From assembly GCF_000002075.1 (NCBI RefSeq), contig NW_004797342.1, positions 1,109,380-1,173,379 of the forward strand: a stretch of 64,000 nt of DNA, read 5' to 3'. Each line of letters opens with the position of its first letter. Within the stretch, counting starts at the first letter, position 1. The stretch comes from Aplysia californica (lineage: Eukaryota). This document shows positions 1-11,919 of this stretch, one piece after another. The position numbers were made by a program, and so were the translations under genes. The notes under the pieces are model-generated. The model saw only the letters and a program-made list of their open reading frames with translations, made no database searches and was not told the origin of the DNA.

Positions 1-339
1 GAGAGCTCCCACGGTTAAGTGAGCGAATTCTGGACTATTACAGGTCTGAATCTGATGTCAAACGAAGTCCGGAGACGAGTCGAAGCCGGGTTAGTCGGTA
101 ACGTAGCACGTGGCCCCTCATTGTTAGCGCGACAAAAACAGCCAACCCTCATTCCCCCCCTCGCAGGTGGGATAGTCGGAATTATCGGGCTAAAATGCGA
201 TGGGTGCCGGGTTATACGGTTTTATTTCTGATGTTTTAAAGGCATTTCTACACAAAATTATGATCTGTCTTTGAGTGAGCATATGAAATGGACAATTTAC
301 TATCGATAGGGCCAATAAAAAAATTTTTTGAAATTTTGT

Positions 340-369
340 GGGTTAGTCGGTTTTATCACTAGGCCGACG
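340..369 (+). repeat. Dispersed repeat motif shared with 44369-44398
   Basis: gggttagtcggttttatcac(t/a)aggccgacg, 29/30 identical; related gtcgg motifs at ~88, ~175 and ~44165. Confidence 0.6.
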
Positions 370-513
370 ATATAGAGTTGGACACTTTGACGGTTAATTT
401 AACTCTTTGCATTAATAAAATAAATGCTAAGCTGATGTTTAAACTCATTAAATCTAAGAGCAAATCACTAACATAAAATAATAAAATACAACAACAGACA
501 CAATAATGCACAC

Positions 514-718
514 CTGAAAATGTGAATGCTGCCGTGACCACTGGTCAAGAAAAAGAGATCCCCATCGTTGTTCCATGAAATCTCATTGACTTCAAACTTG
601 AACTGTTCCTCTGCCCGAGATCTATGAGATTTTGCATCGATGAAAGTCACCAGATCATCTTTGTTACCAACTGCAATGGTACTCCCATCTGGTGACCAAC
701 ATATGTTTATGTTCTCAC
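514..718 (-). CDS. THOC3: THOC3 coding exon 3
   Basis: gatacag|(G)ENINICWSPDG...HGSIHIF|gtgtgc. Confidence 0.92.
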
Positions 719-3700
719 CTGTATCAAAAGAAAAACAACAAAAATTTGAAGTCATACATGAACTAATTATAAACTCATTCAAACATATGTGAGTACAGGT
801 GTGGTGAATTCCCAAGACATAAAAAGGACAAGGACATGACAGCCCCACTGAGCCGTGATTGCCTGGACCACAAGATCTCTTGCAGAAAATGCGTACCAAG
901 CAAACGTTTGTCTTAGTTTGTTAAAGACAGATTAAAACTACATCTCATATCTTATTCTGGTATATGGCCATTTTCACAGTCTGTCTATCTGGTCTATCCT
1001 TTTTCCTCATGAGATTAACTGATTAGAAGATAAGCTCAAAGTGAGCTTGCCTTGGTATACTCATTATCATCATCAATGCCTTCCACCCCTGGCAGGGTAT
1101 TGGCCACATACAAGTTCATTCCATTTATCTCTGTCCTGGGTAATCTTTTCAGCCTCATTCTTTGGTTTATGCTTGCCTTTTTTTTTCTTTGGGGAAGGGG
1201 GAAGGGGTTTAAAACTTCTTGACAGCATTCTGAACTCTAAAAACAAATAGAAGAAGCAAGAAAACAATCCCATTCTGTATTTTCTGTATTGAGAAAGGCC
1301 TGAAAGAAGAGAATTCAGCGAAGAGATGTGTGGTAGCCATGTGTCTTTCACAGACAAGTTTTTATTTCCGTCTCAGGAAAATGAGGGAAAACATTCCAAG
1401 GGGAATACACCCCATCTGGGGAGCTAAAATAGAACCAATGCTAATAGAACTGCAAGTTTGGCCTTGTAAGTAGTAGACAATGACATCCAAGTAGGTCATG
1501 CAAAGAAGAAAGCTAGAGCAATCTCATGACAAATCAAATAAATGAAGCATACAAAAGTAGCACATTTTATTATTTTTTCCCATTACAGCATTCGGATCCC
1601 AAAAGAGGGCAATTTATAAATGCACTCATCATGATTTTTTTTAGTGCACACAAGAACTAGATCTATGCCATCCACTTAAAAGAAACCCTTGGTGGCTCAC
1701 ACTCTCCTAAGAGAACTTTAATACAGTAGATTAGTTTGAATACTAACAAAAACATTCTTGGCATGCATGTAATGTAACAGGGGCAGTAGGCTTTAGTTTT
1801 AGCAAGTCTTGTGGCACTTGCAACACATATATGGGGTAAAAGTGCAAAGAGTAGAGGTGTTACAACAGAGTAAAGTACAAAGAAAAGAAACAGAAGAGAT
1901 TTAAGGATGAAAGATGTTTGACAGGAAAGAAGGGGAGCAAACCACACCAAAGAACCTGCCAACCACCCAGACAGCAGATTTTAAAAGCATTTTTAACTTT
2001 ATAAAGGGGAAAATTTATGATGACAATGGCAATATATATCTACTCTATATATATCAGCAATATAACTTTATAAAACATTTAACGGAAGTGTCCTGATGGT
2101 AGTTTATGAATTAACTATTAACTTGCAAACCTTTTGTGTTAATACTGGCTGCTGCCTTATTTGTTCTTGCATCCCAGACACGAACGGTCTTGTCTCCACT
2201 GGCAGTTGCCAACTGGTCTGGATTTTGAGGATTCCAACAAAGTTGATCAACGCTAGCACCATGGCCCCTGAACACAGTGTAGTCTTTGGTCTGGAAGAAA
2301 ATGCCACACAAGTCTCTCTTGCATCAATGAAACCAATAAAAACAGAAAGGACTGATTTTTATCACCAAATCATAATCACATTATCTTTCCTTGTCTTACT
2401 TTTAACTAGTGACAGAGGGGAGATCATGATTTAGGTAGAGGGCTTTACTTTGGGACAAGAAGACAACAAAGGGTGGGTAGAAGACAGAAATGAGTTGCAA
2501 AGAAATGGTAGAGGAGAGCAGTAACCAAGTTTCATGTGCTAGTACTATTGAATTTTTTTTTTAAAAGAAAGAAACAGATTATAGATCTACACAAAATAGA
2601 TAATTTCCATTTCACATTTTTAAAATGTTCGATAAATCACATTATATTTAGATTTTAAATTATCATTAAAAAGTGGGATGTTTCTTGATACATCTAGTAC
2701 ATTTTGAAGGAAAACGTTCATGAAAGTCAATAATGAATTGGAGTACGATACGAAACTTGGCATCTTCACGAGATTTATTTAAAGCAGAATTTAGTTCTGC
2801 TATCACTCTTTCAATGTCTTTATTATTCTGAATCTTTAAGACTAATATATCTGAATGAAAATTTGATGATTTGCGCGACATCGCTTTAACTGATACCAAA
2901 AGGGGGCACAGCCTTGTGAGGCACCACAAAACTTCATAAGTTTTCAACACATCTTTTCTTAAAAACTACTTTGGTGGTCTAATTTTCAACACATTGACAG
3001 AAATTAGTCGAATTTACTCTACCTGGTCCGTCCTGGTACAAAAACGACATTTCGATATATAACTTTGATCTGAAAAGAATCAACGTTGTTCTCTGATCAT
3101 CCCTTCTACAACATAACAAAGCAGTATCAGGAAAACATGCAATGGATTCATTGGTGACCCATTTAGTTTTAGTTTTAGGCAGCCAACTACATGCCGTCTA
3201 GCGATCACGCGCCTCTCGCATGCCTGCAGGCTATGTGTTGAATTTGTGACCCAGTTTCCAGCTCTAGTCTATTATATCACATAATGGGTGGTAATTTCAA
3301 GTTGGTACATAAAATGTACTAAACACAGAGATCTGAAATTTTACAGCAAATAAAGAAGACACAGGGCACCTGTTTGGTCAGCAACCAATCCGCAGGTACT
3401 TTTAGTTTTTGAACAATGGAGGAAAAATCACATACACTGCAACTTCTCCGGTTCTAGAAATTTTTTTGCTTGCATTCATCATGTAAGTTTGACCTTTCTT
3501 CTGGTTGGTTGCCATGTTTCATTCATTTTCGTCCATGGGTTTTTCCGAAGCTATACTTTTAGAAGAGAGCCACCTCTGAACCCAAATGACCCAAAAAGTA
3601 CCCCTTGTGCAGAGCCCATTTCCAGCCTAGAGCGCAGTGCGCAATTGGCATTGTTTTCTTTGCATTGTCAACACTGTTTTCTCGACTCGAACACCCCCAT

Positions 3701-6700
3701 GAAAGATTGGGTCGTCGGTCGCCTAGTGGTTAGGCTCTCGGACTCGCAATAAAAACAGTCGTGGGTTCGAATCCCGTCAGGGGCCCGACGTTGTGTCCTT
3801 GGGAAAGGCACTTTGCACAAATTTTCCCCACTTCACCCAGGTGGAAATGGGTACCCAGCTATAGACAGTGAAAGATCTTGTCAGTTTGATAGTGTTTGAG
3901 CGCGTGAAATCTGCAGCTTGCACTGTATGCTTCCACGGAAGCTGAGAAAGTTTCTGAGTGCTCTCAGCAGAGGGTCTGCTGGGGTAATAATAGTTGTAAA
4001 GCGCATAGAACATGCTCTTGAGCATGGATATGCGCTATATAAATGCAATTATTATTATTATTATTATTATTATTAAGATGTGTCAATCAGGTCATCTGGA
4101 AAAGCCTGATCAAACTTTTCCTCACAATAGTTTCAAATTCAAATCACCCTGCACACACGATGGAAAATACACACATCATCAAGAGTTATAGGGCAAGATA
4201 AGAGCCCATCAGGCTCACCTCTGAACAGTGTGATCTCATGCTGCCGATATCGAGACACACCATCACACATTACCAGCCCGGTGTGAGTAGGCACTACAAC
4301 TTACTTACTTGAATTTTGAGTCTCTAGTCATGTGAGGGTGGGTGCTGGGTGAGTAGGGATGTGATCGAAGACGGTGTGAGGCTGCATAGGGCATTATTTA
4401 TTATATTTGGGCCATTTGGAGTGTGAATTGTTTGTTTAACCCTGGAAGCGCACAGGCCCTTTATATAGTGCTGACCAACTTCGACCGGGAAGCGCGCAGG
4501 CCCTATATTAGCAATTCCAATGAAAATTTAATTTTTCGCTTTATCATTTTTTTATTTGATACCTGAGAAAGAGTTTTCATTTCTAAGAGAATAATTATGC
4601 TTTTTGAATTTTAAAAATCGGTTCATAAATAAAAAAGTTATGGGGTTGTAAAGGTCGGCAAAATATGGATGACCCAATAAAGGAAAATACTCCTAAAAGT
4701 GAACCACGCAGTAGCAGATTCTGTAAGACAATCGACGATATCTCAGTAATTAATTGGAGTGTTAGACAGCAATGCCAATCGCCCGCGGCGCCTTGGGCCA
4801 GAAATCTAGCTCATAGCGAAGGGTAATTTTTGGGCCGCTTGGGATCAGAGGTGACTCTCGTTGACGAAAATAAATGATACTCGGCAACCAATCAGAGGAA
4901 AGGTTAAACTAACGACATGCAAGCGTACAATCCCAAACGATTTCTAGAACCAGAGAAATTGCCGTGTTTGTGTGCGATTTTCCTATGTGGTTCGAAAAAC
5001 TAAGCGGAGCTGCGGGTTGATCGCCGACCACACAGGCGCCCCACATGTCTTCTTTATTGCTGTAAAATTTCAGATCTCTGCTTGTAGTACATTTTACATA
5101 CCAACTTAAAATTACCACCTATCCATTGATAAAACACTAAAGCTGGAAACTAGATCACAGATTCAAAACGCGAGGTGCCGGCATGCCAGAGACGCGTGAT
5201 CGCTAGGCGGCATGTGATTGGCTGCCTATAACTAAATAGGTCACCCGCGACTTCATTGCGGGTTTTCCCGATACCGCTTTACTGAGTTTTAGAATGGGTG
5301 ATCAGTCGCAGTAAAAACGATGTCCATGCAATTCAACAAATTTCACGCAAATATTAGTCTTTCGGGTCCAAAGTAATAAGGACATCGAAAAAGTGATAGC
5401 AGAACTAGATTCTGCAATAAAAATCACATGAAGATGCCAAGTTTCATTTATATACTCCAATTCATTACTGACTTTTAACAGTTTTTCCTCAAAATACACC
5501 AAGACATGTCCAACTTTTTGGCAATATTAAAGTCCCCCAAAATTTTGCAAACAAAAATCCCATTAACATTTTTATTTATCAATGGATTTTAAAATTTTAA
5601 AAAACCATAGCTCTTAGAAATAACTGTTTTTTTCATTTAAGCCCATTTTAAAGCAATTTGGATAAAAAATTTAATTTTTCATTGTCATTGCTATGTTAGA
5701 GAGAAACCTGGCTACCCAATGTGTTTTTGGGTGGAGAAATCATTTCTGCAGTCAGATTTACTTAGAACCATTTCCTATTTATTTTGTTATACAATTAAAA
5801 TTTTGGTGTACATTTTCGATTTTGCGAAAAATGGGGTGTCAAGATGAGAGCATCGTATCACAACATGGGATATTTAAGACTATGTTGGCAGCCTGATTTA
5901 ACAACGGCAAAGCTTTCTTTGATGATTTTAGACCATGCCAATCAGTTACGATTGCGACGGCGTCTCAACGAGGTCGGAACATTGGAATTGATGGACTCGT
6001 CAATAAAGGGTCAGATTTAGATCTTTTTGCAGATGACAGTGATGATGAACCATCATACAGAGTTGATAATGAGTATAGGAAAGGAAACAGGAGAGGTGCG
6101 GACTCAAGTGAAGATGAAAATTGTGCTAGATCTAGGCCTAGATCTGAATCGGGTGTTCCCCATGCTCAGACCTATGATCCGATGCTTCCCGGTCCCGTCA
6201 CACTAACGTCAAAGATCACACAACGTAGATTTAGACCCCAAATGATAGGAATACAGCTGACATAGACCCTCCTATGTCCACACAACAAACTTCAAATAGT
6301 GGCACCCCTCCCCCAGTGGCCATGCCCCGTCCTGCAACCACACACCCAGATGTTGATGCTTAGGGTGGGTGGACTGATGACTTTTATTAAATGATATTCC
6401 AGTTATATAAAATTTGTCAGATATCTTTTCAAAGTGACTCTTCAACATTTGTCAGTTGAAAGAAAATCTAGATATTTCTTGCAGAGATAAAGATATAAAG
6501 GCATGATATATCGACTGAATGTACCAAGCACCTAAATATTTTATGTAAAAGTTTTTTTTCTCGATTTTGCCACATATTCACAAACTCATAAAATTTCACA
6601 CGGTAGAGGTATCACAAAATTTTTTTTGATTTGTTGATCGTATGTTTCAATGTCATTGTTTGTGGAAAAGTTCAATGCTGTACATACACAAAATAATAAG

Positions 6701-9700
6701 CTCACAGTGAGGTTTTGAAAAAGGTCCCGAAAGCCTGGCATTCTTCAGTTATCCTGCCGAGAAATGCCTGGCAGTGAGTGAGATAAACAATCAAAACAAC
6801 ACAAGTTGAGCACAAAACAGTACAACAGTAGAATTTTATTTTAAAAATAAACCCTGTGTTGTCTCTCAACCCTTACCGTGAAATCCGCCATCGGCCGTGG
6901 TGGCAGAGCAATTTGGCAGGTTTTAGATCTACTACCGATGAAACGCTGAGCGCTCCTAGGGTTAAGTGTGGACGTGAATGAGAGTATGTGTGTGTGTGAC
7001 GAGAGAAAGGGACTGTGACTACTGTGACTGTAAGAGGTACCAGCCAGCGAGAGATCTGAATCGGAAAGTCAGTGTCCGCTACATCACATGATCAACTACT
7101 CATGTCAACATGACATAGATTAGATCTAGATCTAATCGTGATCAAATCAAAGATAAGAGTAGGTAGCGTAAACACGGCCTCGCGGGCATTCGCGGCCTTC
7201 CGACCGCGCGGTATCGGTAAAATCGGGGTAATTCCGATCGCTGTTTCTTTGCTCTTTCGCCATAAAACACCAAATGCCGTACACCTTGTAAAAGTTCAGC
7301 TTTTCCTCGTTACAATGGTGTAAGTTGTTTATATGTCCGATTAGTAGGAGCTGGAGAATCGCCAACGAAAGCGAAGCCCCTCGCGGTCGGAATGCGTGGT
7401 CGGCCGGTTGAAAAATTGACACGCGTGCATTCAAATGCTTCGCGGAACGAGGGATGATTAAATACCGCCTTTTCATTGGCGGAGAACTGTAGAGCTTTAA
7501 ACGGGCTTTCCCGTGATATAAGTTTAGCCTTTGGCGTCTTTATAGAAAGCTTTTAAAATTACCGTCAAAATGTTTAAAGATTCCTTTTTACACAAAATAT
7601 GTATAATACCGACTTATAACACATATCAATTAAAAGATCAGTTCATTTTCTATTAGAATAAAGTTATTAAATTGGAATTATTTTTCATCAATCCTTCCGC
7701 GAGACTCAGAAAGCATGTGACCCCGCACGCGGGGTACACTACAGTATAGAGCCGACTCGCTCGCCGCGGGGCCCGGTGCGCCGCCGCCGGGTCAACGCTC
7801 GGTGTTTTTGTCGAAATAACGACAGATCATCGTGTTTGAGGCGATAAAATACTGATTTGTAAAGATCTCACAGTCTTGAAAAAAATTAGGCTCCATATAT
7901 TTGTTATAGTGATTGTACTCTGTTAATGTGGAGATGTTTAGTGCACTTGGTACTTTTTTTATTGTCTGTCAAACATGGGGTTGCAGCCAGTGACTGACTT
8001 TAACAAATGGAAGTGGCTATTCTCATCCGGGGTGAGAATAGAAAAACGATCTACCTCTCACCCCGGGTGAGACTTGCCAGCGTAGGCTATTCTCACCCGG
8101 TGCGAAACAAGACCTGCTTTTCATCATTTTGGAATACTGTCTATCGGTGTGGATGATCAAATTGATAAAAGCCAAGAAAAAATTACGTTATAGCACAAAA
8201 GTAAGCTAATTTGATCGTCTTCAAAGATGCTATGGCTATTTCACTGTTCGAATCGAGCCGAACTACGCGGGTCGCCATTTTGTTTTGCCCGGAAGTTCTC
8301 GCAAGATCTACTCCTCCCCTCTCTCTCTCTCTCTGTCTCTTTCTGAATACTGTCTATCGGTGTGGACGATCAAATTGACCAAAACAAAGTTTAAAAATGA
8401 TGTTAAAACACAAAAGTAAATTAATTTGGTTGTCTACAAAGATGCTACGGCTATTTAACTTTTCGAATCGAGCAGAACTACGCGGGTCGCCATTTTGTTT
8501 TGACCGGAAGTTCTCACGCTACTCCTCTCTCTGTCTCTTTCTCTCTCTCCACTGCCTACATACAAAATTGTACGCTTTTAGTAGGCTACAGACTACAGTT
8601 GTAACGGACAGAATTCTACAATTTTTCTGTTATCACAGTGTAGAATTCTGTGGTTTAGGGTGAACGCAAAATTTGTTGGCCTAGATCTAGGCTATAACAG
8701 TGAACGCGCACCGGGTGAGAATAGCCAAAAGACTAGCCTGCACTATTCTCATCCCGGGTGAGAATAGAGGTGGCCTTAACAAATTTGATCAAATTTTAAA
8801 CAACTACAATTTTCTTAACTCATTCGCTTCGCCGAGCCGTGGGGGGCGGCGCGGCTTGAGTGCCGTTAGTACGCAAAGCCGCCCCCGGCGGCTCGAGAAC
8901 TGACGTTCAATTTTAGCTTGGTTTCTATTCCAATCCACATATCCATGTTAAAATAAAGGTCATAATATAAAGTTGACTTCCGGGTCAAGTGTTTACACCG
9001 AAAATCGGAAGTTTTGATTCAGTTTTGAAACAGGATTTCGAAGTTTATGCGACATTGTTTTATCGCGAAGCCCAAATTATAGCCAGACACCAGTCTTTGT
9101 ACTTTTACACAACAAAATGTATAATTATTTTGCTCACTAAAGAAGTGTAGGACTCTACTTATAATATTGATACTACTGGACTCAAATTGCCAGTGCACTG
9201 TAATTGAGAAATCAATATTTTTGAGTGCTAGATCTAGGCCTAGATCTAAATAGTCAAAATATTTTTTTTCTCCCAAAAATCACTACTTTTTGGTGAATTT
9301 ACTCAAAGAGTACCACCCAAGACATGTATAGGTTTATTCCAAATGCAATTCTGAATAATTCCATATAAGATACGAGTGTTTTTTTCTGTTTGGGATCCTT
9401 TTTTCAAAATTATTTAAAAATTATTTTTTTTTCAATATCGGAGGTTACGATCCAAATGTACAAATATTATGGAATGTATATGATATGTAAATAAATGCTC
9501 ATTTTTCAATATTCTCCTGTTCTATATACAGTTATGGTTATTTTGATGTATAATTTGACTAGATCTAGGTGCAAACATATTTTTTGAGTTTCATCTGAGA
9601 TTATAAATTTTTTGTTTTCAAATTTTATCCGCAACCAATCACAATTGTGTTGCATAATCGCCTCTTACAGGAACCAAAGTTGAAAAATACTCAAATAAAC

Positions 9701-10469
9701 ATTACAGATGTATTCTACAAACCATACTGAAAATGTTGGTATATAATATGTTGATATTTATTTGAATTTATGGCCCCCAAGACCAAGACCTGTGAACTGC
9801 GCACTAGTCATCATCTCATTTCGCCCTCCCGAAAGAAATTCGTCTACAAGCCGAAAATAATATGTAGCGAATGAGTTAAAAATTGACGGAGAGGTTAAAG
9901 AATGGTACCAAAATGCTCAGTGGATATAGGCCTTTCAAATGGAACTGATAAATTTGGCATACAGCTAGATCTAGTTTGAAAATTTAGTTTCTGGTACCTC
10001 TAATAAGAGCATATTTCTTTTTTCTTTTTTAGTCATAGGGGTTCACCAGCATTACTCTCTTTTTTTTCTGTTTCTTGCTTCGAAACCGAACGCAAGCATT
10101 ATTTATGCAACCAAATCAACAACTGTCAACAAAGTACAGCAAAGCCAAAGCTACTAACTCTACTAGATCTAGATCTAGATATGATATAGATCTAGATTCT
10201 AGATCTAAGTCTAGATTCTAGAGTAGATCTAGAGAACTGAAACTCGGCTTGGCTAGACCTGGTCCGAGCCCGAGCCCGAGCAACCAGCTTACCAGTCGGT
10301 CTTTATCCAAATTGTATATGCAGACAGTTTTGTCGAAAGAGCCAGATGCAAGGCGCCTACCATCGCAACTCCAAGCGACGGAGTGAACCTTTGCAGAATG
10401 TGCTTGAACATCTCGTGTTCGAGGATTGCTATTGAAAAACTTTTTCATTTCCTCCGCGAAAGACGCCAT
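514..10469 (-). CDS. THOC3: THO complex subunit 3 (TEX1, WD40), 5' part; exons 10293-10469, 2131-2290, 514-718; gene continues beyond the window start
   Basis: Spliced frame MASFAEEMKKFF...HSAKVHSVAWSCDGRRLASGSFDKTV...RGHGASVDQLCWNP...GENINICWSPDGSTIAVGNKDD...EEQFKFEVNEISWNN is recognisably THOC3. GT-AG boundaries and phases (0, 1, 2) are consistent. Confidence 0.96.
2131..2290 (-). CDS. THOC3: THOC3 coding exon 2
   Basis: ttccag|TKDYTVFRGHGASVDQLCWNP...INTK(G)|gtttgc. Confidence 0.93.
2560..3680 (-). mobile_element. Older, diverged copy of the left arm of the 4440-6961 element, in inverted orientation
   Basis: Colinear reverse-complement similarity with about 4755-5640, e.g. 3290-3370 vs 5040-5120 and 2670-2820 vs 5380-5520. 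Confidence 0.8.
3709..4074 (+). mobile_element. tRNA-derived SINE with conserved-type central domain and L2-like 3' tail
   Basis: A box (cgcctagtgg) and B box (ggttcgaatccc). Central gtgtccttgggaaaggcactt...cacccaggtggaaatgggtacc. 3' gtaaagcgc...gcgctatataaat followed by (att)n. Confidence 0.85.
4440..6961 (+). mobile_element. TTAA-flanked piggyBac-like element (deleted derivative)
   Basis: Left TTAA-CCCTGGAAGCGC (4436) and right GCGCTCCTAGGG-TTAA (6965) are imperfect TIRs. Internal acidic reading-frame remnant at 5831-6265. Confidence 0.6.
8012..8776. mobile_element. Repeat family with TATTCTCA-cccggg-TGAGAATA palindromes, copy 1 (with internal tandem duplication)
   Basis: Near-identical to 37828-38318; palindromes at both ends; internal ~210-bp duplication (about 8133-8345 and 8346-8550). 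Confidence 0.8.
8819..9875. mobile_element. TTAA-flanked non-autonomous DNA transposon (piggyBac-like)
   Basis: TTAA|CTCATTCGCT ... AGCGAATGAG|TTAA: perfect 10-bp TIR plus TTAA TSD. Confidence 0.75.
10293..10469 (-). CDS. THOC3: THOC3 coding exon 1
   Basis: ATG at 10469 (another in-frame ATG at 10481); ends ...DKDRL followed by donor gtaag. Confidence 0.93.
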
Positions 10470-10933
10470 GTTTATTGTCATATATGGGTGTCGAAATATT
10501 TTATCACCCCCTGCTTGATACTATGCAGTTCGTATCTTAATACTGTAAGTATAGATGTAAAGAATGTCATTTATTCAGTAATATGGCTTGTACCATGTTA
10601 ATTTGTCTTTAAAAGTATCAAAATATTTTATTTGTACTTTATCTCCACACGATGCATTACCAACCATGTCACTGCTAACAAAGAAAATTTCTTACTGGGT
10701 ATCTCTTTTGCAACACCGTAGGCAGTAACATAAAAGTTAACGGTAGCCTACGGTAGGCTACAATAAACGGAAACGAAAGAAGAAAAAAACGTTTTACATT
10801 ATTCTGGTACATGTAACATGTGAAATAGAATCCAATTAACTTAATTGGGTTGTTATTTAGATCTAGTTAACGTAAAAAAATAAGTACTGTATTCAATTTT
10901 TGCTTGCAAGATCTAGCTATATATATATATATA

Positions 10934-11465
10934 NNNNNNNNNNNNNNNNNNNNNNNNNNNNNNNNNNNNNNNNNNNNNNNNNNNNNNNNNNNNNNNNNNN
11001 NNNNNNNNNNNNNNNNNNNNNNNNNNNNNNNNNNNNNNNNNNNNNNNNNNNNNNNNNNNNNNNNNNNNNNNNNNNNNNNNNNNNNNNNNNNNNNNNNNNN
11101 NNNNNNNNNNNNNNNNNNNNNNNNNNNNNNNNNNNNNNNNNNNNNNNNNNNNNNNNNNNNNNNNNNNNNNNNNNNNNNNNNNNNNNNNNNNNNNNNNNNN
11201 NNNNNNNNNNNNNNNNNNNNNNNNNNNNNNNNNNNNNNNNNNNNNNNNNNNNNNNNNNNNNNNNNNNNNNNNNNNNNNNNNNNNNNNNNNNNNNNNNNNN
11301 NNNNNNNNNNNNNNNNNNNNNNNNNNNNNNNNNNNNNNNNNNNNNNNNNNNNNNNNNNNNNNNNNNNNNNNNNNNNNNNNNNNNNNNNNNNNNNNNNNNN
11401 NNNNNNNNNNNNNNNNNNNNNNNNNNNNNNNNNNNNNNNNNNNNNNNNNNNNNNNNNNNNNNNNN
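10934..11465. other. Assembly gap (N)
   Basis: N run flanked by (TA)n and (TG)n(CG)n. Confidence 0.99.
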
Positions 11466-11919
11466 TGTGTGTGTGTGTGTGCGCGCGCGCGCGCGCGTTA
11501 TATACAGCTTGTAGACCTATACATTGTATGTTTGCCCCGCAACATCACCGGCGCTGTGCCACGATAATCTAGCCCGTTCTCCCACATTAAAGACTCCGTC
11601 GGTTAGCGTTGCTCACATGGAAGGAGACTGATGGCCATCTCGTCATTTTGTCTTTCATCTAATAATGGCAGATGAATCATTTCCTTTGCCACAGGACAGT
11701 CGGAACTGTCCAGCAGAGAGCAACATTAAAACTCCGTTTCACTATCAGCCCCGCTATACCGCCATCTTCAATTGGTAAGCAATCATTACCTATCATCCCT
11801 GCTAAAATTAGTTCACATATGAGCACATGACGGCATGTGGAGTTTCATGACGTCACTAGCATTGAGCTTTAATCTCACTTCTCTAGACAGTACAGTGTTC
11901 TGATGAATGTTTCGTGTGT

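Noticed and set aside
5894-5896. In-frame TGA as selenocysteine or programmed readthrough
   Set aside because: Lies in a decayed transposon-like frame; no SECIS or selenoprotein motif recognised.
7140-8005. GC-rich segment with partial inverted repeats (ttccgaccgcg / cgcggtcggaa) as a defined element or ncRNA
   Set aside because: Probably TE-derived, but I could not fix termini, a TSD or an RNA family.
10900-11572. Long ORFs here and at 39346-40009 and 41779-42585
   Set aside because: They only span N gaps.
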